From positions 118,687 through 182,686 of the forward strand of contig CAYLPP010000001.1 of NCBI GenBank assembly GCA_964385615.1: 64,000 bases of DNA, read 5' to 3'. The notes beneath the pieces are model-generated. The model ran no database searches, had not been told where the DNA came from, and was given only the letters and a program-made list of their open reading frames with translations. Source of the stretch: an uncultured bacterium (GTDB taxonomy: Bacteria > Omnitrophota > Omnitrophia > Omnitrophales > Aquincolibacteriaceae). Below, one piece after another: positions 19,948 to 29,593 of this stretch; the first letter of the stretch is position 1; each line of letters opens with the position of its first letter. A program made the position numbers and the translations under genes.

Positions 19948-19976
19948 AAGCTAACACCTGCCTAGAGGGCTGTCAA
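19948..19976 (-). promoter_or_regulatory. Putative sigma70 promoter for the 267-aa gene: -35 TTGACA (19971-19976), 17-nt spacer, -10 TAGCTT (19948-19953)
   Basis: Perfect -35 hexamer and a weak -10, about 35 nt upstream of ATG 19908. Confidence 0.4.
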
Positions 19977-20054
19977 ATAATTCACCCTTTTAATAGTAAA
20001 AACGATCAATAACGATCATTAAATTTGACATCTAAGGGGAATTTTAGAAGGGGC

Positions 20055-20810
20055 TCAAACCAGCGCGGGTTTGATTTTTTGCAGAAAAGCACCGCTTTTA
20101 AGCGGCCGGGCCAAACGTTCACTCAGGAAGCGGTTCATAAAAACTTCCAACTCGGTTTCAGCGGGTTTGGTCATACCCAGTTTCAGGCAGGTATCAAGAT
20201 CATGCGCAATGTAATAACGCATGACGGAAAGCGCTTCAGAATTAAGAGGCCGGGCATCCGGGAATTGAGGCGCGCAGTCCAGACAAAGCAGGGCGCCCTG
20301 CCGGGGCGAAAAGAACCCGCGCTCCAGGTTGTTCTTTTTACAGTTCAGACAGCCTTCCAGATAAGGCAGCATTCCGATTTCATTCAGAAGCTTGATTTCA
20401 AAAAGCCGCGCCAGGCGGTGGCCCGGAACTACCGGGAGATAACAAAAAGCGAAATCCAGAAGTTCATAGACAGCCTGGTGAGGATCGTGAACCTCACTGA
20501 CTTCATCCACCAACTCTGAAAAATACCCTGCGTAAGCAATCGGCTCCAGGCGGGAGTGAAGCGCGTTGTAGGAATCGAGAATAAAAGCTTCGGAAATTAA
20601 GTGGAGATCCGAACGAAGCTTTTCGTAAAACACAATTTCAACATTGGTGAAAAGCTCATAAATCGCGCCGCTTCGCTCCCCTTCCTGGCGAACTCCCTTA
20701 ACCAGCCCTTTAACTTTCCCGAAAGACTTGGTGAAAAAAGTCAGAATCAGCGAAGTCGAGCGGAACGGCATCGCCTTGATAATGATAGCTTCCGTTTTTT
20801 GAATAGCCAT
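20055..20810 (-). CDS. recO: DNA repair protein RecO
   Basis: N-terminal OB fold (EAIIIKAMPFRSTSLILTFFTKSFGKV) and a C-terminal zinc motif CLNC...CLDC. Confidence 0.85.
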   Translation of the reverse strand: MAIQKTEAIIIKAMPFRSTSLILTFFTKSFGKVKGLVKGVRQEGERSGAIYELFTNVEIVFYEKLRSDLHLISEAFILDSYNALHSRLEPIAYAGYFSELVDEVSEVHDPHQAVYELLDFAFCYLPVVPGHRLARLFEIKLLNEIGMLPYLEGCLNCKKNNLERGFFSPRQGALLCLDCAPQFPDARPLNSEALSVMRYYIAHDLDTCLKLGMTKPAETELEVFMNRFLSERLARPLKSGAFLQKIKPALV

Positions 20811-21283
20811 TACGCCGTCATCCTGGCCCGGTCAAGGCCGGCACGCCGTAAAACCTCAGCCTGCTTGCGGTGCATGGCTTTGGATTTTTGGGCCGTGGAA
20901 TCATCATGCCCCATCAGATGGAGAATGCCGTGGCATACATAGAAAAGGATTTCATAGGAGAAAGTGTTCCCGTATTCTCCGCAGCGCGCGGCCGCTGTAT
21001 CAAGCGAAACCACGATATCCCCAATGTAAACGGGTTCATTTTTTTTCTGAGATTTGATCCGGATTTTATCCTGCGCGCCGAAAGCGATAACGTCCGTCGC
21101 GTAATCATGGTTTAGAAATTCACGGTTGATCTTACGGATATCGGGGTCTGTGGTTAAAAGCACGCTGATTTCAGCGTGTTTCCAACCGAGGCTCGAAAGG
21201 ATTTTTTTTACCGCCCGTTCGAAACGAGGCTGAACCAGTCTGTGCCGGGAAGCTTCAACGCGGACCGCGGCTTTGAGCGGCAC
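20810..21283 (-). CDS. ybeY: Endoribonuclease YbeY (rRNA maturation factor); start probably GTG 21283, directly after the pgpH stop
   Basis: HGILHLMGHDD zinc-binding motif. The track ORF (to 21388) would overlap pgpH by about 100 nt. GTG at 21281-21283 follows the TAA at 21285-21287. Confidence 0.85.
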   Translation of the reverse strand: MPLKAAVRVEASRHRLVQPRFERAVKKILSSLGWKHAEISVLLTTDPDIRKINREFLNHDYATDVIAFGAQDKIRIKSQKKNEPVYIGDIVVSLDTAAARCGEYGNTFSYEILFYVCHGILHLMGHDDSTAQKSKAMHRKQAEVLRRAGLDRARMTA

Positions 21284-21284
21284 G

Positions 21285-23585
21285 TTAAGTGTCGCCCGGT
21301 TTTCCGGGACGGCTTTCTTTTTCGGGTTTTTCCGTGCGGAATTTCTCGAACTGATCTTCGCCAAAAAGATCGGGATTGTCGCAGTCATCGGCGAGAGGAG
21401 CCGGATAAGTCACGCGGGTGTGAAAAATCGCCATGAGATTATGGATGAAACTCTCCTGAATTTTATGAAGGTCTTTAAGCGTTAAATCGCATTCATCCAT
21501 CTGTCCGTCCACGAATTTATCGTTAATAATTTTACGGACCAGAGTGCGGATGCTTTCAGGAGAAGGATCTTTCAAAGAACGTGAAGCCGCTTCCGTCGAA
21601 TCAGCGAGAAGCGCCACCGCAGTTTCCTTGCTCTGGGGTTTGGGGCCCGGATAACGGTAATCATCCGGATTCACTTTCTCACCCGGCTGAGCGCGGTCAA
21701 GCGCCTTGCGGTAAAAATAATAAATCACGCCTTTGCCCTGGTGTTCAGGAATAAAACGCAAAATGGGGTCTTTCAGCTTATATTGCCGGCCGAGTTCAAT
21801 ACCGTCTTTCACGTGATTGAGAATAACCAGACAGCTCATGCTGGGAGTCAGCTTGTCGTGCTTGCTGTTGCCTTTGGCGGTTCCCTGGTAATTTTCCGTA
21901 AAAAACTCCGCGCGGGGAATCTTGCCGATATCGTGAAAATAACAGCCGACTCGCGCCAGGAGCGCGTTGGCACCGATGGCTTCACAGGCCGATTCCGCGA
22001 GCGTGCTGACCACCAGGCTGTGGTGATAAGTTCCCGGAGCCTCCACAATCATCCGTTTCAACAGCGGATGGTTCAGGTCCGAAAGCTCCAGCAGGGTGAT
22101 CTCGCTGGTCAGGTCAAAAATCCATTCCAAAATAGGGACAAGCAAAAAGCAGATAGGAACCGTGATCAAAAGCCCGTTGGCCAGACCCAGCCCCGCGACC
22201 TGCAAGGAGTCTTTAATCGGATATTCATGATAAATCCGGTAAATAAAAATCACGGCGAAAGAAGCGATTCCGATCAAGGCTCCGGCGCGGAGAAAATGGA
22301 TACGCTTACGCAGACGCAAACTTCCAAAAATACCCATAAGAGAAGAAAGAAGCGCCATCAGAATAATTTCCGGAGAAAAATCCACAATCGGAGCAATCAG
22401 CGAGGCGGTCATAACCGCGCAAAGAACCGCGGCGCGCGGGGTTTCAAGAATGGCCAGCAGAAGCGCGCCGACAGCAAACGGCATCAAGTACGGAGGGCCG
22501 TCCGGCAAAAGTGTGACGGACTTTGAAATCAGCACGGTGAGCAGGAGGACCGTGTGAAAGAAAATGACTTTTTTAAGTGAAAAAAGGTTCCGTTTCTCGA
22601 AATAATAAAGATAAGCGAAACAAAGGCTGTAGACCAGGATGACCAAATAAGCCAGCACCAGCAGCTGGTTCAGAATTTTTTTGGCCACGGTTTTTTTCTG
22701 AATCTGAAGCATCCGCTCACGGCCTTCAGGCGTGACCAGCATTCCCCGCTGAACCACCAGCTGATCTTTTTTGATTTTTTCAATCACCGGATCAGCGGCC
22801 GCGGCCGCTTTAGCCCGCCGGGCCTGCGTTTCAGCTTCATTCGGCTTGAGGACGGGTAAAGTCACGGCCGTCAGGACTTCCTGAAGAACAGCGTGAGCAT
22901 CGCGCTCTTTTTTAAGGGCATCCGGAAAATTAGGAATCGCCCGGACATCTTCAGGCGTCGGGATGGCGTAAACAGCCGCCATTTTCTCAGTTTTCGCCGT
23001 ATCGTCAACAAGCGAAACTTCCGTCACGCCATTCTGAATAATCTTCTGCTTTTCATCCGCCCCCAGAACGCCGGACTGCAGATTTTTCTCGAGGTACTCT
23101 TTAAGAAACTCCCGAAGCTCCTGAAAACGCCCGGTTTCAGCCAGCCTACGCATTCCGTTTTCTGAAATCTCAAATGGAAGTTTTCCGGTAAGTGTTTTTT
23201 CAGGCGAGATATCGTCACGGTATTCCTGAAACACCGTGAAAAAGGCTTCCGTCTTTTCACGCACGGAAGCGGCACCGGCCGCGTCATAATCGTAAACCGG
23301 CATAACCTCCGCGGCTTTCTTTTCACGGACAGCCTGAGTCAGTTTTTCATTAGTGTAAGAAAGTTCGAAAGGCGCGAAAATCGTGCGGGGCGAGGGCTCG
23401 CCGACAAGGTATTCCCCCGTCTCCATGCCGGAAGGCATTTGAAACAGAAGGATTCCGGTCATAAGAATACCGGAGATAAGAAATGTCAGGGAGATATAGA
23501 AACGCTGGCGGGGGCTTATGGTTTTAGCCAAGTCCCCTTTGTTGCCTATAACCTTATCAAGCGTGGTGCGTGTGTTTACGCTCAT
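21285..23585 (-). CDS. pgpH: 7TM receptor with intracellular HD phosphohydrolase domain (YqfF/PgpH family, cyclic-di-AMP phosphodiesterase-like)
   Basis: Seven TM helices, then HD-domain motifs ([11 protein letters not shown]...YFHDIGK). Position between phoH and ybeY as in the Bacillus yqfE-yqfF-yqfG operon. The start was moved to Met50 (23585) to avoid a 175-nt overlap with phoH. Confidence 0.8.
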   Translation of the reverse strand: MSVNTRTTLDKVIGNKGDLAKTISPRQRFYISLTFLISGILMTGILLFQMPSGMETGEYLVGEPSPRTIFAPFELSYTNEKLTQAVREKKAAEVMPVYDYDAAGAASVREKTEAFFTVFQEYRDDISPEKTLTGKLPFEISENGMRRLAETGRFQELREFLKEYLEKNLQSGVLGADEKQKIIQNGVTEVSLVDDTAKTEKMAAVYAIPTPEDVRAIPNFPDALKKERDAHAVLQEVLTAVTLPVLKPNEAETQARRAKAAAAADPVIEKIKKDQLVVQRGMLVTPEGRERMLQIQKKTVAKKILNQLLVLAYLVILVYSLCFAYLYYFEKRNLFSLKKVIFFHTVLLLTVLISKSVTLLPDGPPYLMPFAVGALLLAILETPRAAVLCAVMTASLIAPIVDFSPEIILMALLSSLMGIFGSLRLRKRIHFLRAGALIGIASFAVIFIYRIYHEYPIKDSLQVAGLGLANGLLITVPICFLLVPILEWIFDLTSEITLLELSDLNHPLLKRMIVEAPGTYHHSLVVSTLAESACEAIGANALLARVGCYFHDIGKIPRAEFFTENYQGTAKGNSKHDKLTPSMSCLVILNHVKDGIELGRQYKLKDPILRFIPEHQGKGVIYYFYRKALDRAQPGEKVNPDDYRYPGPKPQSKETAVALLADSTEAASRSLKDPSPESIRTLVRKIINDKFVDGQMDECDLTLKDLHKIQESFIHNLMAIFHTRVTYPAPLADDCDNPDLFGEDQFEKFRTEKPEKESRPGKPGDT

Positions 23586-24513
23586 ATCTCTCGTAGGCTT
23601 TGATGATTTCCTGAACAAGGGCGTGGCGGACCACGTCGGTTTCATCCAGGTAAATAAACTGAATCCCTTTGATGCCTGCCAGGGCATTTTGAATTTCCAC
23701 CAATCCAGATTTTTTGCTTGAAGGAAGGTCAACCTGGGTTACGTCACCGGTCACCACCGCTTTGGAACCCTGCCCAAGACGGGTCAGAAACATTTTCATC
23801 TGCGTGTGCGTGGTATTCTGACCTTCATCCAAAATCACGAACGCGTTATTCAGCGTGCGCCCGCGCATATAGGCCAGCGGAGCCACTTCGATAATTCCCC
23901 GCTCAAGCAAGCGTCCGGCTTCTTCGTATTCCATCATGTCGTAAAGCGCGTCATAAACCGGTCTCAAATATGGATTCACCTTTTCATGCATATCTCCGGG
24001 AAGAAAGCCCAGGTTCTCACCGGCTTCCACAGCGGGACGGGTCAGAATAATCCTGTCGACCAGTTTTTTCTTCAAAAAGTCTACGGCTGCGGCCATGGCC
24101 AGATAGGTTTTTCCGGTACCGGCAGGACCTATACCAATCACAATATCATTATCACGGATTGCCGCAAGATACTTCTCCTGGTTCTTACTGCGCCCCACAA
24201 TAACTTTACCGCGATGGAAAAAACGGACATCTTCTTTAGGGTCAAAAACCTGACTGACCGACGGACGGCTGGAAGAGTGTTCTCTCTCAGAATGAGCGGA
24301 GCGGGAAGAACGGGAGCGCAGTTCATTGAGTTTCTGGGTGAAAAAGCGGAACGCACGGTCCACACCGTCGCGATCGCCGGAAATCTTAAGCTTGTCGTTG
24401 CGGGCGGAAATACGGACGCGGAACTCTTTTTCCGCGAAACGCAGGTTTTCATCGAGACTTCCATAAATGGCGATCGCTTCTTCATTCGAATTCAACTTCA
24501 GAATTTTATCCAA
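23557..24513 (-). CDS. phoH: PhoH-like ATPase (PhoH/YbeZ)
   Basis: KH-like N-terminus and Walker [17 protein letters not shown] in the PhoH family context. Confidence 0.9.
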   Translation of the reverse strand: MDKILKLNSNEEAIAIYGSLDENLRFAEKEFRVRISARNDKLKISGDRDGVDRAFRFFTQKLNELRSRSSRSAHSEREHSSSRPSVSQVFDPKEDVRFFHRGKVIVGRSKNQEKYLAAIRDNDIVIGIGPAGTGKTYLAMAAAVDFLKKKLVDRIILTRPAVEAGENLGFLPGDMHEKVNPYLRPVYDALYDMMEYEEAGRLLERGIIEVAPLAYMRGRTLNNAFVILDEGQNTTHTQMKMFLTRLGQGSKAVVTGDVTQVDLPSSKKSGLVEIQNALAGIKGIQFIYLDETDVVRHALVQEIIKAYERYERKHTHHA

Positions 24514-24546
24514 AACATTCTCCCGTTTTAAACTTTATTCAGAAAC

Positions 24547-26316
24547 TTAAATTTTTACTTGGATGTGAAGCTCTTTAAGCTGTTTATCGCTGACGGTTCC
24601 AGGCGCTTCGGTCATAACGCAGATTCCCTTTTGATTCTTTGGGAACGCGATGACTTCACGGATGGATTCACGGCCCAGCATCAGCGTAATCAAGCGGTCC
24701 AGACCGATGGCCAATCCGCCGTGCGGAGGCGCGCCGAAGCTGAGCGCCTTGAGAAGAAACCCGAACTTTGATTCCGCTTCTTCATCAGAAATCCCGAGCG
24801 CTTTAAAAACTTTAGCCTGCACGTCCCGGCTGTGAATACGGACGCTTCCCCCGCCGATTTCCGTGCCGTTAAGCACCAGGTCATAAGCGCGGGCTTTCAC
24901 CTTCATCGGTTCAGTCTCAATCAGGGCAATATCCGACGCGCGCGGAGACGTAAACGGATGATGCAGAGCCTGACAGTGTTTTTCTTCTTCATTCCATTCA
25001 AAAAGAGGGAAATCCTGAACCCAGAGAATTTTGAAATCATTGTATTTCAGGTCGAGGTATTCCTGCGCGAGCTTACAGCGGAGCGCGCCCAGGGCGACCG
25101 CGGAAGTTTTCGGGTCGGAAGCCACCATGTAAAGAATGTCTCCGGCCTTGGCGCCCAGAGCGGAAATAATCTGCGCCGTTTTGGCCGTGTCAAAAAACTT
25201 ACCGATAGGCGACTCCACTTTGTCCGGCCCGGTCACTTTCATCCAGGCCAGCCCTTTAGCTCCGAAATTCTGAATCCACACGGTCAAATCGTCAAAATGC
25301 TTGCGGGAAAATTCCTTGCCCGCGGGAGGCGTGAAACAAATACCGCGTATCTTTCCCCCGCCCGCCAGGCATTCGTCAAAAATTTTAAACCCGCATTTTT
25401 CAAAAACCGGGCTGAGGTCTTTGAGTTCAAGCCCGAAACGCAGGTCCGGCTTATCAGAACCGTAACGGCTCATGGCTTCATCGTAAGGCATCCGCAGAAA
25501 AGGCCGTTCAAATTTCACGCCCAGCGCTTTTTCAAAAGCGTCGGCAATCATGCCTTCAACCACATTCATCACGTCTTCCTGCTCCACGAAAGACATCTCA
25601 AGATCGATCTGTGTGTGTTCAGGCTGGCGGTCACCGCGTGAATCTTCATCGCGGAAACAGTGCGCGATCTGGAAATAGCGGTCATAGCCGGCGACCATCA
25701 TCAGCTGCTTGAAAAGCTGAGGCGACTGCGGAAGCGCGTAAAAAGTTCCGGGGTTTAACCGTGACGGCACCAGAAAGTCGCGCGCGCCGCCGGGAGTACT
25801 GCGGGTCATGGTCGGCGTTTCAATTTCAAGAAAGCCTTTGCCGTCGAGATAATCGCGGACAATCTTGGTCACGCGGTAGCGGAAAGTTAAGGCGTCGACC
25901 ATTTCTTTACGGCGCAAATCCAGAAAACGGTATTTAAGACGGAGTTCTTCATTCACGCCTTTCTCCCCGATTTCAAAAGGAGGCGTTGGGCAGGCGTTAA
26001 AAACTTCCATGAAAGCCGCGTGTACTTCGATTTCGCCAGTCGCGATTTTCTTGTTGATCGTGCCTTCCGGACGCTTGCGGACAAAACCTTTGATCTGAAT
26101 CACGAATTCGGTGCGCAAAGCCTTGGCAGCCTTATGCAGTTCAGCATTTTCATTCGTATTAAAAACAACCTGAGTCACGCCCCAGCGGTCGCGAAGGTCG
26201 ATGAAGATTAAGTCGCCGTGGTCACGATAGGTATTGACCCAGCCCGACAGGGTGACTTCCCGGTCGAGTGATTTCAGATCCAGTTGTCCGCAATTGGCTG
26301 TGCGCATCATACCCAA
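24547..26316 (-). CDS. aspS: Aspartyl-tRNA synthetase
   Basis: 589 aa. Anticodon-binding OB domain followed by class II motifs (FRDEDSRGDRQPEHTQID, GLDRLITLMLG). Confidence 0.95.
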   Translation of the reverse strand: MGMMRTANCGQLDLKSLDREVTLSGWVNTYRDHGDLIFIDLRDRWGVTQVVFNTNENAELHKAAKALRTEFVIQIKGFVRKRPEGTINKKIATGEIEVHAAFMEVFNACPTPPFEIGEKGVNEELRLKYRFLDLRRKEMVDALTFRYRVTKIVRDYLDGKGFLEIETPTMTRSTPGGARDFLVPSRLNPGTFYALPQSPQLFKQLMMVAGYDRYFQIAHCFRDEDSRGDRQPEHTQIDLEMSFVEQEDVMNVVEGMIADAFEKALGVKFERPFLRMPYDEAMSRYGSDKPDLRFGLELKDLSPVFEKCGFKIFDECLAGGGKIRGICFTPPAGKEFSRKHFDDLTVWIQNFGAKGLAWMKVTGPDKVESPIGKFFDTAKTAQIISALGAKAGDILYMVASDPKTSAVALGALRCKLAQEYLDLKYNDFKILWVQDFPLFEWNEEEKHCQALHHPFTSPRASDIALIETEPMKVKARAYDLVLNGTEIGGGSVRIHSRDVQAKVFKALGISDEEAESKFGFLLKALSFGAPPHGGLAIGLDRLITLMLGRESIREVIAFPKNQKGICVMTEAPGTVSDKQLKELHIQVKI

Positions 26317-27590
26317 ATTCCTTTCAAATTTAAAAAAAGAGCAAGCGATATTTTCTCATTATCTTTTTTCTCATTATCTTTATTGATAAGAGGTTTATCT
26401 TCTCGCCTCGCAAGATCGCGAAGGATCCAAGAATCGCCAGATTGAGTAACCGCGTACTGAGCGCCTAACTTTTCCGCTTTCTTAAAGTGCTCAACTTTAT
26501 TTAAAGCCTTATCCCCAACAATGGCAATCATTCCCCACCTTCTCAAATCCATCGCTGCTTCCTTAACAACCGAATCATTCGTTTCTGACGGAATAAAATA
26601 AACGCGCTTCTCCGATACTAAATTCCCAAGGTTCTCGTGACTTGCTTCCAAAACTGTAAGTAACCTCTCCATTCCGATACTGAAACCGATACAGGGCGTC
26701 GGCTTTCCTCCAAGATCGGAATAAAGGCGGTCATAACGCCCTCCACCCGCCAGCGCGTCCTGCGCGCCCAAACCGGTGGCAGAAATTTCAAAAACCAGGC
26801 CATTGTAATAATCCAAACCTCGCACAAGACGGGGTTTGAGTACAAACGGAATATCTCGGTCTCTTAAACCCTTCTGAATGTCCGTGAAGTACTGGTTTTT
26901 TGGAGCGATTTCTTCCCATGGAGCTTTTTCGATCACGGGCTGGCATTTAGGATTTTTGCAATCAAACACCCGCAACACATTCTTTTCCATGCGGTCACGG
27001 CAGTCTTCGCACAGAGCGTCTTTGCTCTTAGCGAAATACTCTTTCAATTTAACCGCGGTATTTTTCTGGTCTTCCAGAGTTCCAAGATCATTGATTCGCA
27101 ACTCAAGTCCGCGCACGCCTAAACCATCTCTTAAAAATTGATACAAATAAACCAGCGCATCCAAGTCGGGAAGAATACCGCTCTCATTAATAATTTCGAT
27201 ACCGATCTGGTGGAATTGGCGCTTGCGGCCCGCTTGGGGGCGCTCCGCACGGAACATAGGGCCGATGTAGTAAAGACGGAGGGACTTAGCCTGGCTGAGC
27301 AGGCCTTTTTCAATCACGGAGCGAGCAACCGACGCGGTCATTTCAGGACGCATCGTAATATCGCGATCCCCCCGGTCCTTAAAAGAGAACATTTCTTTGC
27401 GGACAATGTCACTGCCTTCGCCCACGGAGCGAGAGAAAAGTTCGGTGTACTCCAGGATAGGGGTGCGGATTTCCTTGAAGCGGCTACTTTCAAAAAAGAT
27501 GCGGGCCTTTTCTTCCAGCCACTGCCACTTTTCAACTTCGCCCGGAAGGATGTCATCCATCCCCCGAAGGCTTTCAATTTTATTAGCCAC
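26307..27590 (-). CDS. hisS: Histidyl-tRNA synthetase
   Basis: MANKIESLRGMDDILPGEVEKWQWLEEKARIFFESSRFKEIRTPILEYTELFSR, a class IIa HisRS. Overlaps aspS by 10 nt. Confidence 0.9.
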   Translation of the reverse strand: MANKIESLRGMDDILPGEVEKWQWLEEKARIFFESSRFKEIRTPILEYTELFSRSVGEGSDIVRKEMFSFKDRGDRDITMRPEMTASVARSVIEKGLLSQAKSLRLYYIGPMFRAERPQAGRKRQFHQIGIEIINESGILPDLDALVYLYQFLRDGLGVRGLELRINDLGTLEDQKNTAVKLKEYFAKSKDALCEDCRDRMEKNVLRVFDCKNPKCQPVIEKAPWEEIAPKNQYFTDIQKGLRDRDIPFVLKPRLVRGLDYYNGLVFEISATGLGAQDALAGGGRYDRLYSDLGGKPTPCIGFSIGMERLLTVLEASHENLGNLVSEKRVYFIPSETNDSVVKEAAMDLRRWGMIAIVGDKALNKVEHFKKAEKLGAQYAVTQSGDSWILRDLARREDKPLINKDNEKKDNEKISLALFLNLKGIWV

Positions 27591-27691
27591 TAAGTTTCCC
27601 TGATTTCGTATTGACCCGCGTTACCGGGCCGCGCAGCACATTGTTTGACAAGGAGGACAGAATAGCACAGGGTATCCCCTAAGGCAAAGCC

Positions 27692-28039
27692 CTAGAGAAT
27701 CTCTTTTATTCTCTCGGCGGGACGGGCCAAAATGGCCTTATTCCCCTTCTCAGCGATCGGCCGCTGAATCAGGTCAGGGTGCTTCGCCATAAGGCTGATA
27801 AGTTCATCTTCCGGCAGTTCTTTTCTAGCCAGGCCCAGGGTTTTGTAAATCTCCTCTTTCTTTCGGATCAGCTCCGTCGCGGGAATTCCCATTTTCTTCA
27901 GCAGCTCTTTAATCTTGGTTTTGGAAAGCGGATCCACGTAGTAATTCACCGCGTCAAAATCCACTCCGCTTTCTTTGAGGGTTTTGTAAACTTCACGGCA
28001 GGTGGTGCAGGTCGGTTTCTGGTAAATCGTAACTTTCAT
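27692..28039 (-). CDS. ArsC/Spx/YffB-family thioredoxin-fold protein
   Basis: 115 aa. MKVTIYQKPTCTTCREVYKTLKE carries the CxxC motif of the arsenate-reductase/Spx family. Confidence 0.7.
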   Translation of the reverse strand: MKVTIYQKPTCTTCREVYKTLKESGVDFDAVNYYVDPLSKTKIKELLKKMGIPATELIRKKEEIYKTLGLARKELPEDELISLMAKHPDLIQRPIAEKGNKAILARPAERIKEIL

Positions 28040-28587
28040 GGGATCTTCTCCTCTTCTTCGAATTCTTCCACTTCAAAACGGTAAATTTCAGCTTTAGCAC
28101 ACTCTTCCGGTTTTAAACCCGCTTTTTCACGCGCGCAATAAGTCACAAACTCCGGAACAGACCAGTTTTTCTCAACCGCGGTCTCCGCCAGATAAAATCC
28201 GCGCCGGTCTTTATACTGAACCATCACGCCGTGCCGGCCGATTTCAATCGAGTCAAGGCTCTCCACTCTCTCTAAAGGCCCCAAAACAGCCACCTTAATC
28301 AGAACCTTCTCAAGTTCACTTTTTCGCAGGGGTTTAAAACGGGTGTCCTGGCAGGAGGCCGCTACAGCCATTCGGGCGGTATTCTGAATCAAAGGTTTGG
28401 AATCGTCAAAAGTTCCGACACTTCCGCGGAACTTGCCGGCTTCGTGAAGAAACACAAAACATCCGCGGGGAGTTAAAAGCTCGTGATCTTGAGAGGCATA
28501 CTCTTCGTGATTTCCGGTTTCCAGAAATGTCTGAATGGCGCGGCGGGCGGTTTCGAGAAGGACTCGGCGGGTGTGAGCTTTAAGCAT
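28036..28587 (-). CDS. AMMECR1-domain protein
   Basis: 183 aa containing PRGCFVFLHEAGKFRGSVGT, which is AMMECR1-like. 4-nt overlap with the downstream ArsC-family gene. Confidence 0.65.
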   Translation of the reverse strand: MLKAHTRRVLLETARRAIQTFLETGNHEEYASQDHELLTPRGCFVFLHEAGKFRGSVGTFDDSKPLIQNTARMAVAASCQDTRFKPLRKSELEKVLIKVAVLGPLERVESLDSIEIGRHGVMVQYKDRRGFYLAETAVEKNWSVPEFVTYCAREKAGLKPEECAKAEIYRFEVEEFEEEEKIP

Positions 28588-28692
28588 AGCACGGCCCTAA
28601 GAGTAAAATAAGGGTAACGGACTGATTTGAAATAAAACCAACGGAAGAAAAACCTAACAAGCGCATGGCTTCTTTAATCTACGGCTTGTGGG

Positions 28693-28715
28693 TACTTGCG
28701 CATCTGCGCAAGTGC
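28693..28715. repeat. REP-like 23-nt palindrome TACTTGCGCATCtGCGCAAGTGC (copy 1), overlapping the rpsU stop codon
   Basis: Perfect 9-bp arms ACTTGCGCA/TGCGCAAGT around a variable centre. The same element occurs at 31417 and 31474. Confidence 0.7.
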
Positions 28716-28894
28716 TAGAATCTTTTCTTCTTGCTCTTGGATGAACGCTCTTTACGGCGTCTTTTTTCGCTGGGCTTTTCGTAGTGTTTCCGCTGCTTGA
28801 GGATCTTCAGGATGCCTTCACGCTCAATTTTTTTCTTGAGGCGCTTAAGGGCTTTGTCCAGAGGCTCGTTTTCACCAACTTGAACTTTAGGCAC
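28715..28894 (-). CDS. rpsU: 30S ribosomal protein S21 (GTG start)
   Basis: Minus-strand translation from GTG 28894: (M)PKVQVGENEPLDKALKRLKKKIEREGILKILKQRKHYEKPSEKRRRKERSSKSKKKRF. Similar to E. coli S21 ([42 protein letters not shown]...). AAGGAA Shine-Dalgarno upstream. Not in the ORF track because the start is not ATG. Confidence 0.8.
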   Translation of the reverse strand: MPKVQVGENEPLDKALKRLKKKIEREGILKILKQRKHYEKPSEKRRRKERSSKSKKKRF

Positions 28895-28946
28895 TCGGTT
28901 CTTATTCCTTTCCTTGTTTGAATTTAGAGATGCAAAACTGGGGCGT

Positions 28947-28974
28947 ATTATACTTTAATATCCCGCGGGGTCAA
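28947..28974 (-). promoter_or_regulatory. Strong sigma70-type promoter for rpsU: -35 TTGACC (28969-28974), 16-nt spacer, -10 TATAAT (28947-28952)
   Basis: Consensus hexamers on the minus strand about 50 nt upstream of GTG 28894. Confidence 0.55.
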
Positions 28975-28985
28975 CAAAGCTTTTC

Positions 28986-29462
28986 TCAGGCCAAAACCGT
29001 GCCGCCCGTACATCCTGAAGACGCGCCGGTAGGCACCGTGCCCGCGCCATCGTTAATTGAGCCGACAATGACTCCACTATGGTCAACACAATACGTATTC
29101 ACACCTGTGCTGCCCTGAACGGTAGGAGCCGCAATCATGGAATAAGTTTCAGCTGGAGCCGCAGCCACTGCATAGGTCAGGTCAAAACCATGACGTGAAG
29201 CCGCCGTCCAAGTGGTATCCAGATAAGGCGGTGTGGAAGTCACTAAACCATTTATAGTGGGCGCGTAGGCGGGAGGATTTTGAGCCGCCCGGTAAGTTTC
29301 ATTGCCGGAACTAAACGTTCTAAGCTCCTTGCAAATGGCCCGGTCCGAAGCATTGATGCGCGCCCGGAGTAGGTTGGGAATCGCGATCGCGGCGATCAAA
29401 CCAATAATAGCCACGACAATCATGATTTCGACGAGCGTAAAACCCTTCTGCCCTCTAAACAT
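28986..29462 (-). CDS. Type IV pilin / prepilin-type N-terminal cleavage-methylation protein
   Basis: MFRGQKGFTLVEIMIVVAIIGLIAAIAIPNL is the class III signal and N-methyl-Phe motif. C-terminal Cys pair. Confidence 0.8.
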   Translation of the reverse strand: MFRGQKGFTLVEIMIVVAIIGLIAAIAIPNLLRARINASDRAICKELRTFSSGNETYRAAQNPPAYAPTINGLVTSTPPYLDTTWTAASRHGFDLTYAVAAAPAETYSMIAAPTVQGSTGVNTYCVDHSGVIVGSINDGAGTVPTGASSGCTGGTVLA

Positions 29463-29565
29463 AACCGCCTCTCAGAGATAATGGCTGTCTTCTATTGAAA
29501 GACTAACCGCCGCCCCCTTCAATTGCAAATCCTCTCAAAACTAACTTTTGAGGGCCTTTTTTGCT

Positions 29566-29593
29566 TTGCTTTCCCTCTATTATTCCCTAGAAT
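29566..29593 (+). promoter_or_regulatory. Putative promoter for comFC with a very short leader: -35 TTGCTT (29566-29571), 16-nt spacer, -10 TAGAAT (29588-29593)
   Basis: The -10 lies 9 nt upstream of the probable ATG 29603. An AT-rich hairpin CTCAAAA-ctaac-TTTTGAG sits at 29534-29552. Confidence 0.35.

Noticed and set aside
27591-27691. Possible T-box leader upstream of hisS-aspS (as in Bacillus)
   Set aside because: There is only about 100 nt, and no specifier-loop/antiterminator architecture or T-box consensus (AATTAGGGTGGTACCGCG-like) is present.
29463-29560. Sigma54 (-24/-12) promoter for the pilin gene
   Set aside because: No TGGCAC-N5-TTGCA match. Only a weak sigma70-like TTGCAA-17-TAGTCT was seen, which was too uncertain to list.
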